This document shows positions 26,009 to 35,100 of a stretch of DNA of 64,000 nt, one piece after another. The notes beneath the pieces were generated by a model that saw nothing but the letters and a program-made list of their open reading frames with translations, was not told the origin of the DNA and ran no database searches. The DNA is from Candidatus Sysuiplasma superficiale (GTDB lineage Archaea > Thermoplasmatota > Thermoplasmata > Sysuiplasmatales > Sysuiplasmataceae), in NCBI GenBank assembly GCA_019720975.1, contig JAGVSJ010000009.1:4065-68064 (forward strand). The letters run 5' to 3'. The position numbers and the translations under genes are program-made. The stretch's first letter is position 1. Every line of letters begins with the position of its first letter.

Positions 26009-28207
26009 TTATTTCTTCTCTTCTTCTCTTGTCTTCGATTTTCTCATGAGGCCTGCTTTCTTTGCCATGTAGGCGACAGCTGCGAGTGCCACCACTATTA
26101 TCACAATGAAGGCCAGTATCAGATAGAACAAATTGGTTGATGTAAGCGGTGGATATACCTGAGTGAACTTCATTACAAGTGATGTCTGGGAAGACACCGA
26201 AAGAGACTGCGTTAGCTTCTGCGAGACGGGGGTCAGGTCATATGTCGTGGAGAAGGAGCCTGTTACGATATAACTGCCTCCGGCCACTTCAAAGGAGGCC
26301 ACACCGTTTGACGCTGTGACTGCAGACAGGACAGTACCGGTGGCATTATTGTAGATATCGACAACTACATTCGCGAGCGGCTGCCCGGAGGCGCTCAGTG
26401 CCTTCACCGTGACTGTGTAAATTGAGGCGTTAAGCACCATTGCAGGGGCTGTGGGGTTTTTCAGCATCACGCTGTTGCTCTGGAATACGAGTATGCCCTT
26501 CCAGTAAACATATACCGAATATGAACCGTAAGGTATGACAGAGGATGTGAGACCGGATGCGTTGGTTGTGCCGAAGCCTATGTCTGTTCCTGTGGTGGAG
26601 TTGACGATTAGCACATTTGCTGTCGGAACTGCGTTTCCTGATGCACTGACAACCTCAAAGGACTGGCTGTATGCATTGACATTGACTGCGATGTTTCCAT
26701 TTGCTCTGAAATCGATGGCACCGTTGAAAACAGGGCTGCTGTGCCAGAAGACAGTAGCCGTATAGTTACCGCCTGCCATTTCGTAGAGAGGATATGTACC
26801 ATTGCTGCCAGTTACAAACAACGGGAGCGATGTACCGTTTGGGGATGTCAGATAAACAAATGCGTCCGCCAGAGGCAAGCTGCCCTGGTCCTCGAATATG
26901 AATGAAGGGGAATAGACTTTTGACCTTAGGACAAAGGAATTGCTTGTATTGTTGACTGTAACGGCAAATTTACCGACATTCACTGACTGCCAGTAGACAA
27001 TCACTGTGTAATTACCGCCGAACAACGACATGCCGGCAACGCCAGTGCTGTTTGTTCTGTTCGACGCAATGAATGAAGCAGTGTAATAGGCGCGCACTAC
27101 AGCCCCGTTCAGCACATGCCCAAGGGAATCCTGAACAGTGAAGCTGGCGCGAACCGGTGGGAGACCGACAGAGAGTTGCAGGCTGCCATATGCATTCCTG
27201 CCGTAAATGACACCGAGAGATGAGAGATAGTTGTGCATAGTGTTGTCGGTTCCGTTGACTGTTATGGTATACATCCCAAGGGCAAAACCGCTGTAATTGA
27301 AATCAAAACTGTAGAGCACATAGTAGCTGTCAATGTGAAATGCCGTAACAGGAACCATTGTACCGTTGCCTATGACGCCTGTAGAGTTGCTTATCTTAAA
27401 ATGAACTGGCCAGGAGTAGAAATCATAAGCGCCAAGGGGATCCGTAAGATTTGCATAGACTGTCACAGTCTTGTTTGTTGCGTTGCTCGGAAGCGAGTAG
27501 AGCCTTGCGCCAGAGCTGCTGACAGCATACACGCTGCTGACTTCTAGATAAGAGGAAACAGATAACACGGCCTCTGAGTAATAATATGTCCCTTTGACAT
27601 GTCCCCAGAGCGCATTGTATATCTGACTTGAACCACCCGCCACCACTATGACGAAGGAAAGACTGTAATTAGTGCCCACTTTCATATCAAGGGAAGGGCC
27701 TGTGATCCTTATCAGTGTAGGCGAAGAGCCGGGATAATTCACATTTGTGGATGTCGCTGGTCCTGTTGAAATAAGCGTAGAACTCCCGTTGGGTGCATCA
27801 AGGTAGACAGACATTGTTATGTGACCGGAAGTGGGCGCCGAACCGTTCTGCGTCATATACAGGTAGGCATACATTGTGCCATTGAGCATCAGAGGCCCCG
27901 AGAGCTGTGGATAGAGAGTGAAATTCAGTGAAAGATAGTGTGTCGCCGAGACATTGTCTCCAGTGCTGGCATATTGTGGGATAGTGTCATTCCAGGTATT
28001 TGCAATATGTAGATGAGGTGCTCCGCCGACAGTTACAGGCGTCGAGATATTGTGGAAATAAACAGTCAGATTCGTGGGAGTCGGCGGACTGCCTGAATAG
28101 GGGGAGGCAAGCGCAACTGATGATGCGCCCTGAATTATGAATGTGCCTGATATTACGAAAAGCATAGCAATTATGCATGACCATACACTGTTGAGTTGCC
28201 TGTGCAT
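26009..28207 (-). CDS. large secreted, C-terminally membrane-anchored surface glycoprotein candidate
   Basis: Signal/TM segment near the N-terminus, and a C-terminal TM helix followed by a KK-rich tail. More than 25 N-x-S/T sequons by eye. Four tandem ~75-90-aa modules in the C-terminal half resemble carboxypeptidase-regulatory-like beta-sandwiches (...GGNYTVIVYW, GGNYTATVFW, YGSYSVYVYW, GGSYIVTGSF). Confidence 0.6.
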   Translation of the reverse strand: MHRQLNSVWSCIIAMLFVISGTFIIQGASSVALASPYSGSPPTPTNLTVYFHNISTPVTVGGAPHLHIANTWNDTIPQYASTGDNVSATHYLSLNFTLYPQLSGPLMLNGTMYAYLYMTQNGSAPTSGHITMSVYLDAPNGSSTLISTGPATSTNVNYPGSSPTLIRITGPSLDMKVGTNYSLSFVIVVAGGSSQIYNALWGHVKGTYYYSEAVLSVSSYLEVSSVYAVSSSGARLYSLPSNATNKTVTVYANLTDPLGAYDFYSWPVHFKISNSTGVIGNGTMVPVTAFHIDSYYVLYSFDFNYSGFALGMYTITVNGTDNTMHNYLSSLGVIYGRNAYGSLQLSVGLPPVRASFTVQDSLGHVLNGAVVRAYYTASFIASNRTNSTGVAGMSLFGGNYTVIVYWQSVNVGKFAVTVNNTSNSFVLRSKVYSPSFIFEDQGSLPLADAFVYLTSPNGTSLPLFVTGSNGTYPLYEMAGGNYTATVFWHSSPVFNGAIDFRANGNIAVNVNAYSQSFEVVSASGNAVPTANVLIVNSTTGTDIGFGTTNASGLTSSVIPYGSYSVYVYWKGILVFQSNSVMLKNPTAPAMVLNASIYTVTVKALSASGQPLANVVVDIYNNATGTVLSAVTASNGVASFEVAGGSYIVTGSFSTTYDLTPVSQKLTQSLSVSSQTSLVMKFTQVYPPLTSTNLFYLILAFIVIIVVALAAVAYMAKKAGLMRKSKTREEEKK

Positions 28208-28314
28208 TTTTATCGATGAGAAGTCTGAGCCGGAGTATATCAAAACTTACTCATTAATATTCCAATTCGAAAATTGTCTAAAACTGAGAATAGTCCTTCG
28301 CCGGAAAGGGTGTC

Positions 28315-29022
28315 TCAGTGACTCTGGCTGTTGAAGAAGTGGCTTTCACCTTTCGAAAATATCAGTGTGAGCGTGTGTGTTACAGCGCATGCATGCGTTT
28401 TGCCATTTACCCTTTTCTGCAGCTGATCCTCCGAGCAGATTGATCGCATTCCCTTGAAAAGTTCAGCGAACTCCTGTGGTCCTCCACAACTGGCCAGGGG
28501 CCGTATCATTTTATTGCCGGGCAGACTCCTGCTTCTAAGATCCATGGGGCCCTTCTCAATAAGAATGAGGCAGCCTCCTTCCTTCAGGACCCTGCGTATC
28601 TCGGCACCGAACTGAACCAAATCTCTCTCCATGAAACCATCCAGCAGATGTCTGGAGATGACGACGTCAAAAGTTCCCATTGGAAACGGAAGGCTGAAGG
28701 CATTTCCACGAACAAGATGTGGGGTCCCCTTCCAGGTCTTAAGAGGATGCGCATTCACATCAACTCCCACAAGAAGGTATTCCTTCCCCCGATGCCGGAA
28801 CATGTCATCCAGCATTGACAGTGTCCTTGGCCTTCCGCATCCGACATCCAGTATGCTCATCTCCCTTCCAGCGAGTCTTCTGATGAAATCAAACGCAGTG
28901 TCTGAAAGCGGCACACCTCCAGGGCGATAGCCCCGGTTGTATGATTCCCTCCAGAAGAGTGCTATCGAACGAATCCTCTCCAAGTGACCGCTGTCCCCCA
29001 CTGCATCGTCTTCAGCGTACAT
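28315..29022 (-). CDS. class I SAM-dependent methyltransferase
   Basis: Motif I ILDVGCGRPRT plus downstream Rossmann-fold motifs. Confidence 0.7.
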   Translation of the reverse strand: MYAEDDAVGDSGHLERIRSIALFWRESYNRGYRPGGVPLSDTAFDFIRRLAGREMSILDVGCGRPRTLSMLDDMFRHRGKEYLLVGVDVNAHPLKTWKGTPHLVRGNAFSLPFPMGTFDVVISRHLLDGFMERDLVQFGAEIRRVLKEGGCLILIEKGPMDLRSRSLPGNKMIRPLASCGGPQEFAELFKGMRSICSEDQLQKRVNGKTHACAVTHTLTLIFSKGESHFFNSQSH

Positions 29023-29030
29023 CAGCGCAC

Positions 29031-31631
29031 CTACCCTCTTCTGATGAGGACGAGCAACCCGTCCGCCTCGACTGCATCGACTTCACTTCCGTCAACTGCG
29101 TACGAATAATTCACAGAAAATTCATCTTGCCCGAGTGTCACCTTCCCATGTGAAGTTTCTACCGACAGCCCTTCTGTGTCCTCAAGCGAGTCAGGGTTAA
29201 TACTCTTCAGTGCTTCTATTATCTCCCTGGCCCGCTCCCTGTACCTGGGGCCGATTACCTGATAATTTGGCGTTATGGATGAGACCAGGCGCCTGTATCC
29301 GCCTGCCGAAGTGAATTTGACCTTCTCCGCCCTGCATGCACATGATATCTCTGAGACAGCATTGCTGAGCCTGTCTGCTCCGCCGGGTATGATCAGTTCT
29401 GCGATGTTTCCTCTGAAATCCCTCTTCGCTCTCCAGTCCCTCACGGCACCTATGACTGATACAGTCGTCCTGCCGGACTCAGGCGAGGAGACAGCAACTT
29501 CCTCGGGGAGAGGCCATGCCGACACATGAACACTCCTGCATTGCTCAGCACTGCCTTTGAAGAACCGCTGGTAAACAGATTCTGTGACATGTGGAAGAAA
29601 TGGTGCAAGGAGCTTCACGACGCCGAGTGAGATGCGATGCAGCGCCCATATAGCATCCCTGTCACCTTTCTTTGCGCGCTGTTTCACCATTTCAATATAA
29701 TTGTCGGCAAAATCATGCCAAGTGAACTGCTCTACAACGCGCATTGCCCTGTCGAATTCGTAAACATCCATGAATGCCGTCGCAGATTTCACCATTTCAT
29801 TGTAAAGCAAAATGATCCACGAATCAACAGAACCCAGCATGGCTGGACGATAGTCTCTGTCAGTTTGGAAGGAAGAGCAGAATAATACTATGTTCCAGAG
29901 CTTGTTGCAAAGTCGCTGGCCATGCACTACGTCCTTCTCCCTGAATGCCTGATCTGTTCCGAGGCTGCATGTGGCAGCATAGTACCGAAGGGCATCAGCA
30001 CCGTATTTGTGTATGAGTGGTAGGGGGTCGATGACATTTCCGAGATGTGTGTGCATAGGCGTCCTGTCCGGGGCCATTATGAAACCTGTGATCATTATAT
30101 CCTTCCACGGTATGGAATCAAGCAGAAGATGGCATCTCAGCACGGTGTAGTATGTCCAAGTCCTGATTATTTCGTGAGCTTGGGCTCTCAGGCTCATAGG
30201 AAACAGCCTTGAAAACATTCTCTCATCCCTCTGCCAACCGGTGTTGTACAGGACACTGATGCTTGAATCCATCCAGGTGTCGAAGACGTCCGTGCTTCCT
30301 CTGAGCTCCGAGGAGCATTGGGGACATCTGGAAGGGGGAGGTGTGTCCTGCGGGTCGATATAGCACTGTTCCTCCGATGCAGCAAGCACATAATCGCAGG
30401 AGGCGCATTCCCACACAGGTATGGGTGTGGCAAAGAGTCTCTGCCTGGATATCACCCAGTCCCAATTCAGGGATTCTGTCCAGTCAGCAAGCCGCTGCTT
30501 CATAAATGAAGGGAACCAGCGGATCTCATCCGCCTTTTCAAGTATCTGTCTGCTGAATTCGACACTCCTAAGGAACCACTGTCTCTTTTCCAGAATTTCC
30601 ACTGGCGTCGCGCATCGCCAGCATACACCAACGCTGTGAACCAGTTCCTCCTCCCTGACAATAGCGCCTTCCTCCCTGAGCCTCTGCACGATCTCTCTCC
30701 TTGCATCCTCTGTGTTCATGCCGGAAAGGAAAAGGGCACTGGCATTCATTCTTCCAAATTCGTCAATGATCACTGTGGAGGGCAGTTTATGCTTCAGTAT
30801 CCATTCCACATCATCTCTATCTCCGTACGAACAGACCATTACTGCACCCGAGCCGAATGCGGAGTCCACGCCCGGATCGCTCATAACGGGCACCTTCCTG
30901 AGGTAAAGGGGAAGTATCACCTCCTTCCCCTCCATTCCTGAATAACGGCTGTCACCTGTTCGGAAGAGTACTGCCTGGCATGCACCAATGAGCTCAGGCC
31001 TCGTTGTTGCTATTGTAATCTTTCCACCGCCACTGACATTGAAGTCGATGTAGTGGAGCCTTGAATTCCTCTCCTCACGCTCCACCTCTGCGTCCGCGAG
31101 GGAGGTATTGCAGTTAGGGCACCAATTTACAGGGAATGTACCCCTGTAGGCGAGACCCTTTTTCAGCATACGAAGGAATGTTATCTGCGTGATCCTCCTG
31201 TATTCGGCGGAATCGGTCTGGTAGTAAAGGGATGAGTCAAGGCTCATGCCAAGCATGTCAAATTGCTTTGTCATCGTTTCTATGAACTGGTTGGCGTATT
31301 CGGAGCAGAGCCTGAGATATGTCTTTCTGTCAACTGTGAATTTGTTTATGCCATACTTCTTCTCAGTTGCTGTCTCGACAGGCATGCCGTTGGTGTCAAA
31401 ACACAAGGGAAAGAAGACATTGTATCCTCGCATGCGCCTGTATCTTGCAGCAAAATCGATCATAGGATAACTGGTTGCGTGCCCTAAATGAAGTGAGCCA
31501 GAAGTGTATCGTGGCGGATTGTCTATGCTGTAAGCCGGCAAATTGCTCTCAGGATCGAAGCGGTATATTTTCCACTCCTTCCACTTCTCCTGCCATTTTG
31601 GCTCCTCTTCTGTATGACTGTACGATGACAT
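29031..31631 (-). CDS. valS: valyl-tRNA synthetase (archaeal type) with divergent KMSKS loop
   Basis: Class Ia aaRS with HIGH as SLHLGH, TTRPELIGACQAV, WVISRQR...IPVW, DVFDTWMDSS and LRAQAHEIIRTW. The KMSKS position reads PMHTH-LGNVIDP. Confidence 0.8.
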   Translation of the reverse strand: MSSYSHTEEEPKWQEKWKEWKIYRFDPESNLPAYSIDNPPRYTSGSLHLGHATSYPMIDFAARYRRMRGYNVFFPLCFDTNGMPVETATEKKYGINKFTVDRKTYLRLCSEYANQFIETMTKQFDMLGMSLDSSLYYQTDSAEYRRITQITFLRMLKKGLAYRGTFPVNWCPNCNTSLADAEVEREERNSRLHYIDFNVSGGGKITIATTRPELIGACQAVLFRTGDSRYSGMEGKEVILPLYLRKVPVMSDPGVDSAFGSGAVMVCSYGDRDDVEWILKHKLPSTVIIDEFGRMNASALFLSGMNTEDARREIVQRLREEGAIVREEELVHSVGVCWRCATPVEILEKRQWFLRSVEFSRQILEKADEIRWFPSFMKQRLADWTESLNWDWVISRQRLFATPIPVWECASCDYVLAASEEQCYIDPQDTPPPSRCPQCSSELRGSTDVFDTWMDSSISVLYNTGWQRDERMFSRLFPMSLRAQAHEIIRTWTYYTVLRCHLLLDSIPWKDIMITGFIMAPDRTPMHTHLGNVIDPLPLIHKYGADALRYYAATCSLGTDQAFREKDVVHGQRLCNKLWNIVLFCSSFQTDRDYRPAMLGSVDSWIILLYNEMVKSATAFMDVYEFDRAMRVVEQFTWHDFADNYIEMVKQRAKKGDRDAIWALHRISLGVVKLLAPFLPHVTESVYQRFFKGSAEQCRSVHVSAWPLPEEVAVSSPESGRTTVSVIGAVRDWRAKRDFRGNIAELIIPGGADRLSNAVSEISCACRAEKVKFTSAGGYRRLVSSITPNYQVIGPRYRERAREIIEALKSINPDSLEDTEGLSVETSHGKVTLGQDEFSVNYSYAVDGSEVDAVEADGLLVLIRRG

Positions 31632-31824
31632 CAGGCGATGTAAAAATGTGCTGAATTAAAATACATTCCCAAGGAATGGTTGCTTGGTTATAACCTGTTA
31701 AGGCAATCGCTGCTCTCCTAGCACAGCCCTATGCACAACCTGTTTAGCGGCAAATTTTCATCATTGTGACATCAGTCACTCCGCACAGTATAAACCCAGA
31801 AAGCTTCGCAGAAGAGTTCTGGGT

Positions 31825-32469
31825 CTATTCATAAACATGATGGCGGAGGTGCCCTGTATCCCTCAGTTCCTTCAGATCCTCGAACAGCGGAGGGGCGACC
31901 TTTATTGCTTCATCAAACGCCAGCTGAGCCATCTGCCTGATCTCCCACTGTGCGCTCGTATCCAGGCGCATTATGAAGAAGTGTCGCAGTGAACGTGCAT
32001 TTGTGGTCCAGTAAAGTTTGGTTTCAGCTGCATTTGTCAGCACAAAACGTGCATCCTCCTTCTTCACGCCGAGACTCACCAGCCGTGAGTACACCTCATA
32101 GCTCTTCCTGATGTAATCCTCCATGAGCGTTATCGACTCCTTCCTCCTTTCAGCACTCAGATAGTCAAGGGACGGTATGACATAACCGGCCTCCTTCTCC
32201 GAAACGTATCTCTGACTTCTCTGGCTGAAGGAGCTGTGTCTGTGCCTCACCAGTTGGTGTGAGCAGGCTCTGCTTATGCCCTCGATTCTGAATGTAAAGT
32301 TTGCATGCTCAATGACATCCATGTGGCCGTACCCTATGATCCTCTTGATGAATGAGTTGTAATCCTCCTTCTGTTCCCTGTCGTAGCATATCCCCGCTGC
32401 CCTTCCGCATGCCTCCACTGGATTTGGCGTATAGCTCACAAGTTCTACCTTCACTCTTCCACTCAACAC
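31825..32469 (-). CDS. thyX: FAD-dependent thymidylate synthase
   Basis: ThyX signature RHRHSSFSQRSQRY. Confidence 0.92.
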   Translation of the reverse strand: MLSGRVKVELVSYTPNPVEACGRAAGICYDREQKEDYNSFIKRIIGYGHMDVIEHANFTFRIEGISRACSHQLVRHRHSSFSQRSQRYVSEKEAGYVIPSLDYLSAERRKESITLMEDYIRKSYEVYSRLVSLGVKKEDARFVLTNAAETKLYWTTNARSLRHFFIMRLDTSAQWEIRQMAQLAFDEAIKVAPPLFEDLKELRDTGHLRHHVYE

Positions 32470-32608
32470 TGAGATACAAGTGAAAGAGATAAAACTTAGC
32501 CGGTCGTATCAGTCAGTACACTGACTGCAAACGTCTGCTGTCATCCTGTGAGATAGTTTAATAAGCGTTTTACGAATTCGTTAACAGCCGGGCAGAGTTG
32601 GTAATGAG

Positions 32609-33832
32609 TTGGCTTCTGAGGATGTTAGCAGAAGAGTGGGGTACCTAAAAGTACTCGGTAACAGAAATTTCCTGTTCCTCTGGCTTGCGACACTTATGTC
32701 GAGAACAGCTGACAGCCTTCTGCTCATCGTCATGATATGGTTTGTTTACGGCATACTGACACACAATCCGCTGTATGCGGGATTCATAACCGCAGCATAC
32801 TACATTCCAACATTTCTCTTTGCCCCCTACTTCGGTAAACTGGCAGATACTTATGACAGAAAGAGGCTGATGATGAGCGCCACATTCTTTCAATTTATTT
32901 TCATCTTTCTGCTGTTTGCAGCACTGAGCTTCAGATTTCTGGTTCTTGACATAACGTTCCTCACTGTTTTTGCCGTTGCAAGCATGGGCATTCTCGTATC
33001 CATCTCGAGGAGCAGCACCATACCGCTTGCAGTTCCGAAGGAAGAACTGACGGCAGCCAATTCCCTTCAGCAGGCAACCACTCAGATGACAAGGATATTC
33101 GGTTTCGTCGCCGGCGGGATCCTTCTTGTTCTTAAAGACATCGGGCTAATTCTGATTGTGGAGATGCTCATCTTCCTCACAAGCATTGCCGTCCTGACCG
33201 TCATGAGCATAAGCGGGCAGAAAATTGGCGGCCCCCGGCGAAGCGGACTCGACGGCCTGAGGTACATAGTCAGGGAAAGGTTGTTTTTCGAAATAACAGT
33301 CTTCCTCTCGATAGTGAATTTCACAGGTGCGGGAATGACGATGCTGCCTGCGGTAATGGCGAAAACTGTCTTCAGATCGGGGCCGGGCCTGTTTTCGGCA
33401 ATACTCATTTCACTTGCGATAGGCACGGTTGCAGGCAATTATGCGGTGACCCGTTTCAACGTTGGCAGCATTGTCGGCAAGCTGCTCATCGCTACCAATG
33501 CGCTCGACGCCATACTTTATATTGTGTTTGCCTACTCGGGCAACGCAACTGTTTCCACACTTGTTGCGGCAGTGATAGGTTTCGCCGAGGGAATTTCGAT
33601 AGTGCCCTTTGTGACGCTCATACAGGCAAGGACGCCCAATGACAGACTTGGAGGCGTTCTTGCAGGCCTGTCGATGCTACTTCTGGGAAGTGCCTCGATC
33701 TCAATGGTTTCAAGCGGCTTCCTTGTTTATCTGCTTGGAGTCAGGGGTGTCTACCTGCTCTTCGCAATCCTTCTCTTTGTTATGTCAGCCGTGGCAATGA
33801 ATATGAAAGAGTTGCGCAATGCCACATACTGA
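32609..33832 (+). CDS. MFS transporter
   Basis: About 12 TM segments and a GKLADTYDRKR loop between TM2 and TM3. TTG start. Confidence 0.75.
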   Translation: MASEDVSRRVGYLKVLGNRNFLFLWLATLMSRTADSLLLIVMIWFVYGILTHNPLYAGFITAAYYIPTFLFAPYFGKLADTYDRKRLMMSATFFQFIFIFLLFAALSFRFLVLDITFLTVFAVASMGILVSISRSSTIPLAVPKEELTAANSLQQATTQMTRIFGFVAGGILLVLKDIGLILIVEMLIFLTSIAVLTVMSISGQKIGGPRRSGLDGLRYIVRERLFFEITVFLSIVNFTGAGMTMLPAVMAKTVFRSGPGLFSAILISLAIGTVAGNYAVTRFNVGSIVGKLLIATNALDAILYIVFAYSGNATVSTLVAAVIGFAEGISIVPFVTLIQARTPNDRLGGVLAGLSMLLLGSASISMVSSGFLVYLLGVRGVYLLFAILLFVMSAVAMNMKELRNATY

Positions 33833-33843
33833 GAAGTGATTGT

Positions 33844-34431
33844 GTGGCCAACAAGAGGAAGAGAAAGTTTCCGATAGGCATAGGCGACACGCTGCTTTCC
33901 GAAGACAGGATGAGGATGATAGATCCAAGGACGGTCCTCAGATCATTTGGTGTGAGAGAGGGGGTTACATTGATTGATGTTGGATGCGGGCCAGGTGCAT
34001 TTCTGGAGGCTGCATCGGAGAGTGTTGGTGAGAACGGAACAGTCATAGCTGTGGATATACAGGAACCTTTCATCAATATGGCAAGAAGACTGGCCGAAGA
34101 AAAGGGTCTCAGGAACATAAGATTCATTGTCTCTAAGGAAAGCAGCATACCAGTAGAAAGTGGTAGTGCTGATGTCGCACTAATCGTTACGAGCCTGCAT
34201 GAATTTGAGGGAGACGGAACGCTGAAGGAGGTTCGCAGGATCCTCAGGAAGGGTGGAAAGCTTGCTGTGGTAGAATGGGAAAAGATGAAATCACCAATAG
34301 GGCCGCCCCTTGCTGAACGCCTTTCACAGGAGGAGGCTGAGAAAATGCTGTCTGAATGCAACTTTGCAGTGGAAAAGATATTTCAGGCAGGCAAGTACCA
34401 CTACGGGATAGAGGCGAAGAAGTTAAAATGA
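33844..34431 (+). CDS. class I SAM-dependent methyltransferase
   Basis: Motif I LIDVGCGPGAF and motif post-II LRKGGKLAVVEW. Confidence 0.75.
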   Translation: MANKRKRKFPIGIGDTLLSEDRMRMIDPRTVLRSFGVREGVTLIDVGCGPGAFLEAASESVGENGTVIAVDIQEPFINMARRLAEEKGLRNIRFIVSKESSIPVESGSADVALIVTSLHEFEGDGTLKEVRRILRKGGKLAVVEWEKMKSPIGPPLAERLSQEEAEKMLSECNFAVEKIFQAGKYHYGIEAKKLK

Positions 34432-34634
34432 AGGGAACAGGCACTGGGGATCGTGACTCGCATTCTCTTGAAGTGGAAGCTGACGGATCAGCATTCCTGC
34501 CTGCTCTTGTCTTTACCCCCTTCGATGGCGTCGTGACAGTGTTGGTGATCCTTGTTCTCCTGCTCCTGTTCATCATCTGGAGGAGGCGGAACAGAAGAAA
34601 GAATAGGGGGAATTCTGTCTATCTCTTCCATTAG
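34428..34634 (+). CDS. small single-TM protein
   Basis: ATG 34428 overlaps the methyltransferase stop (ATGA). 68 aa with one strongly hydrophobic helix followed by RRRNRRKNR. Confidence 0.3.
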   Translation: MKGTGTGDRDSHSLEVEADGSAFLPALVFTPFDGVVTVLVILVLLLLFIIWRRRNRRKNRGNSVYLFH

Positions 34635-35065
34635 AGCTGTGTGCCGTCTGAAAGCTCTTCCTGAATGAACTTGCCGCTGTCTGATAGGCGCCATGAACGC
34701 ATGCCAGCAGGTGAACCGTTCATAACACTGATTATGAAATATGAGTAGCCGGGCCAAGCGTTGTTTCTGTCAAACTCCGAGGGTACCGGCGGATGATCCG
34801 GATGGGAGTGGTAGTAGCCGAGTATCTTTTTGCCTGCGGAGTGTACTGACTGCTCCATTTTCAATATCTCACGGGGTTCAATGGTGTAGCGCGTTCTCTT
34901 TGAATTCGCAGCTGCATTCACGGCACGCACCGCGTCGCTGACAGTCCTGATGCCTCTTTTGGCATCCTCTGTTCCGATAAGGAAACCGCAGCATTCCTCG
35001 GGATATGTTTCGGATGCATGAACAATGATCTCCTTCAGGATGCTGGATTGCATTTGAAGCGACAT
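34631..35065 (-). CDS. JAMM/MPN+ metalloprotease (Mec+/desampylase-like)
   Basis: Complete JAMM signature: EECCG (catalytic Glu) and HSHPDHPPVPSEFD (HxH-x7-S-xx-D). It is the last gene of the suf/Ubl operon. Confidence 0.85.
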   Translation of the reverse strand: MSLQMQSSILKEIIVHASETYPEECCGFLIGTEDAKRGIRTVSDAVRAVNAAANSKRTRYTIEPREILKMEQSVHSAGKKILGYYHSHPDHPPVPSEFDRNNAWPGYSYFIISVMNGSPAGMRSWRLSDSGKFIQEELSDGTQL

Positions 35066-35100
35066 TGACTGTCTGCCCTCGGTTATGCCTGAAGGCGGAA

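Noticed and set aside
33780-34361. 193-aa minus-strand ORF antisense to the methyltransferase
   Set aside because: S/P/L-rich shadow ORF. The plus strand has a clear SAM-binding motif I.
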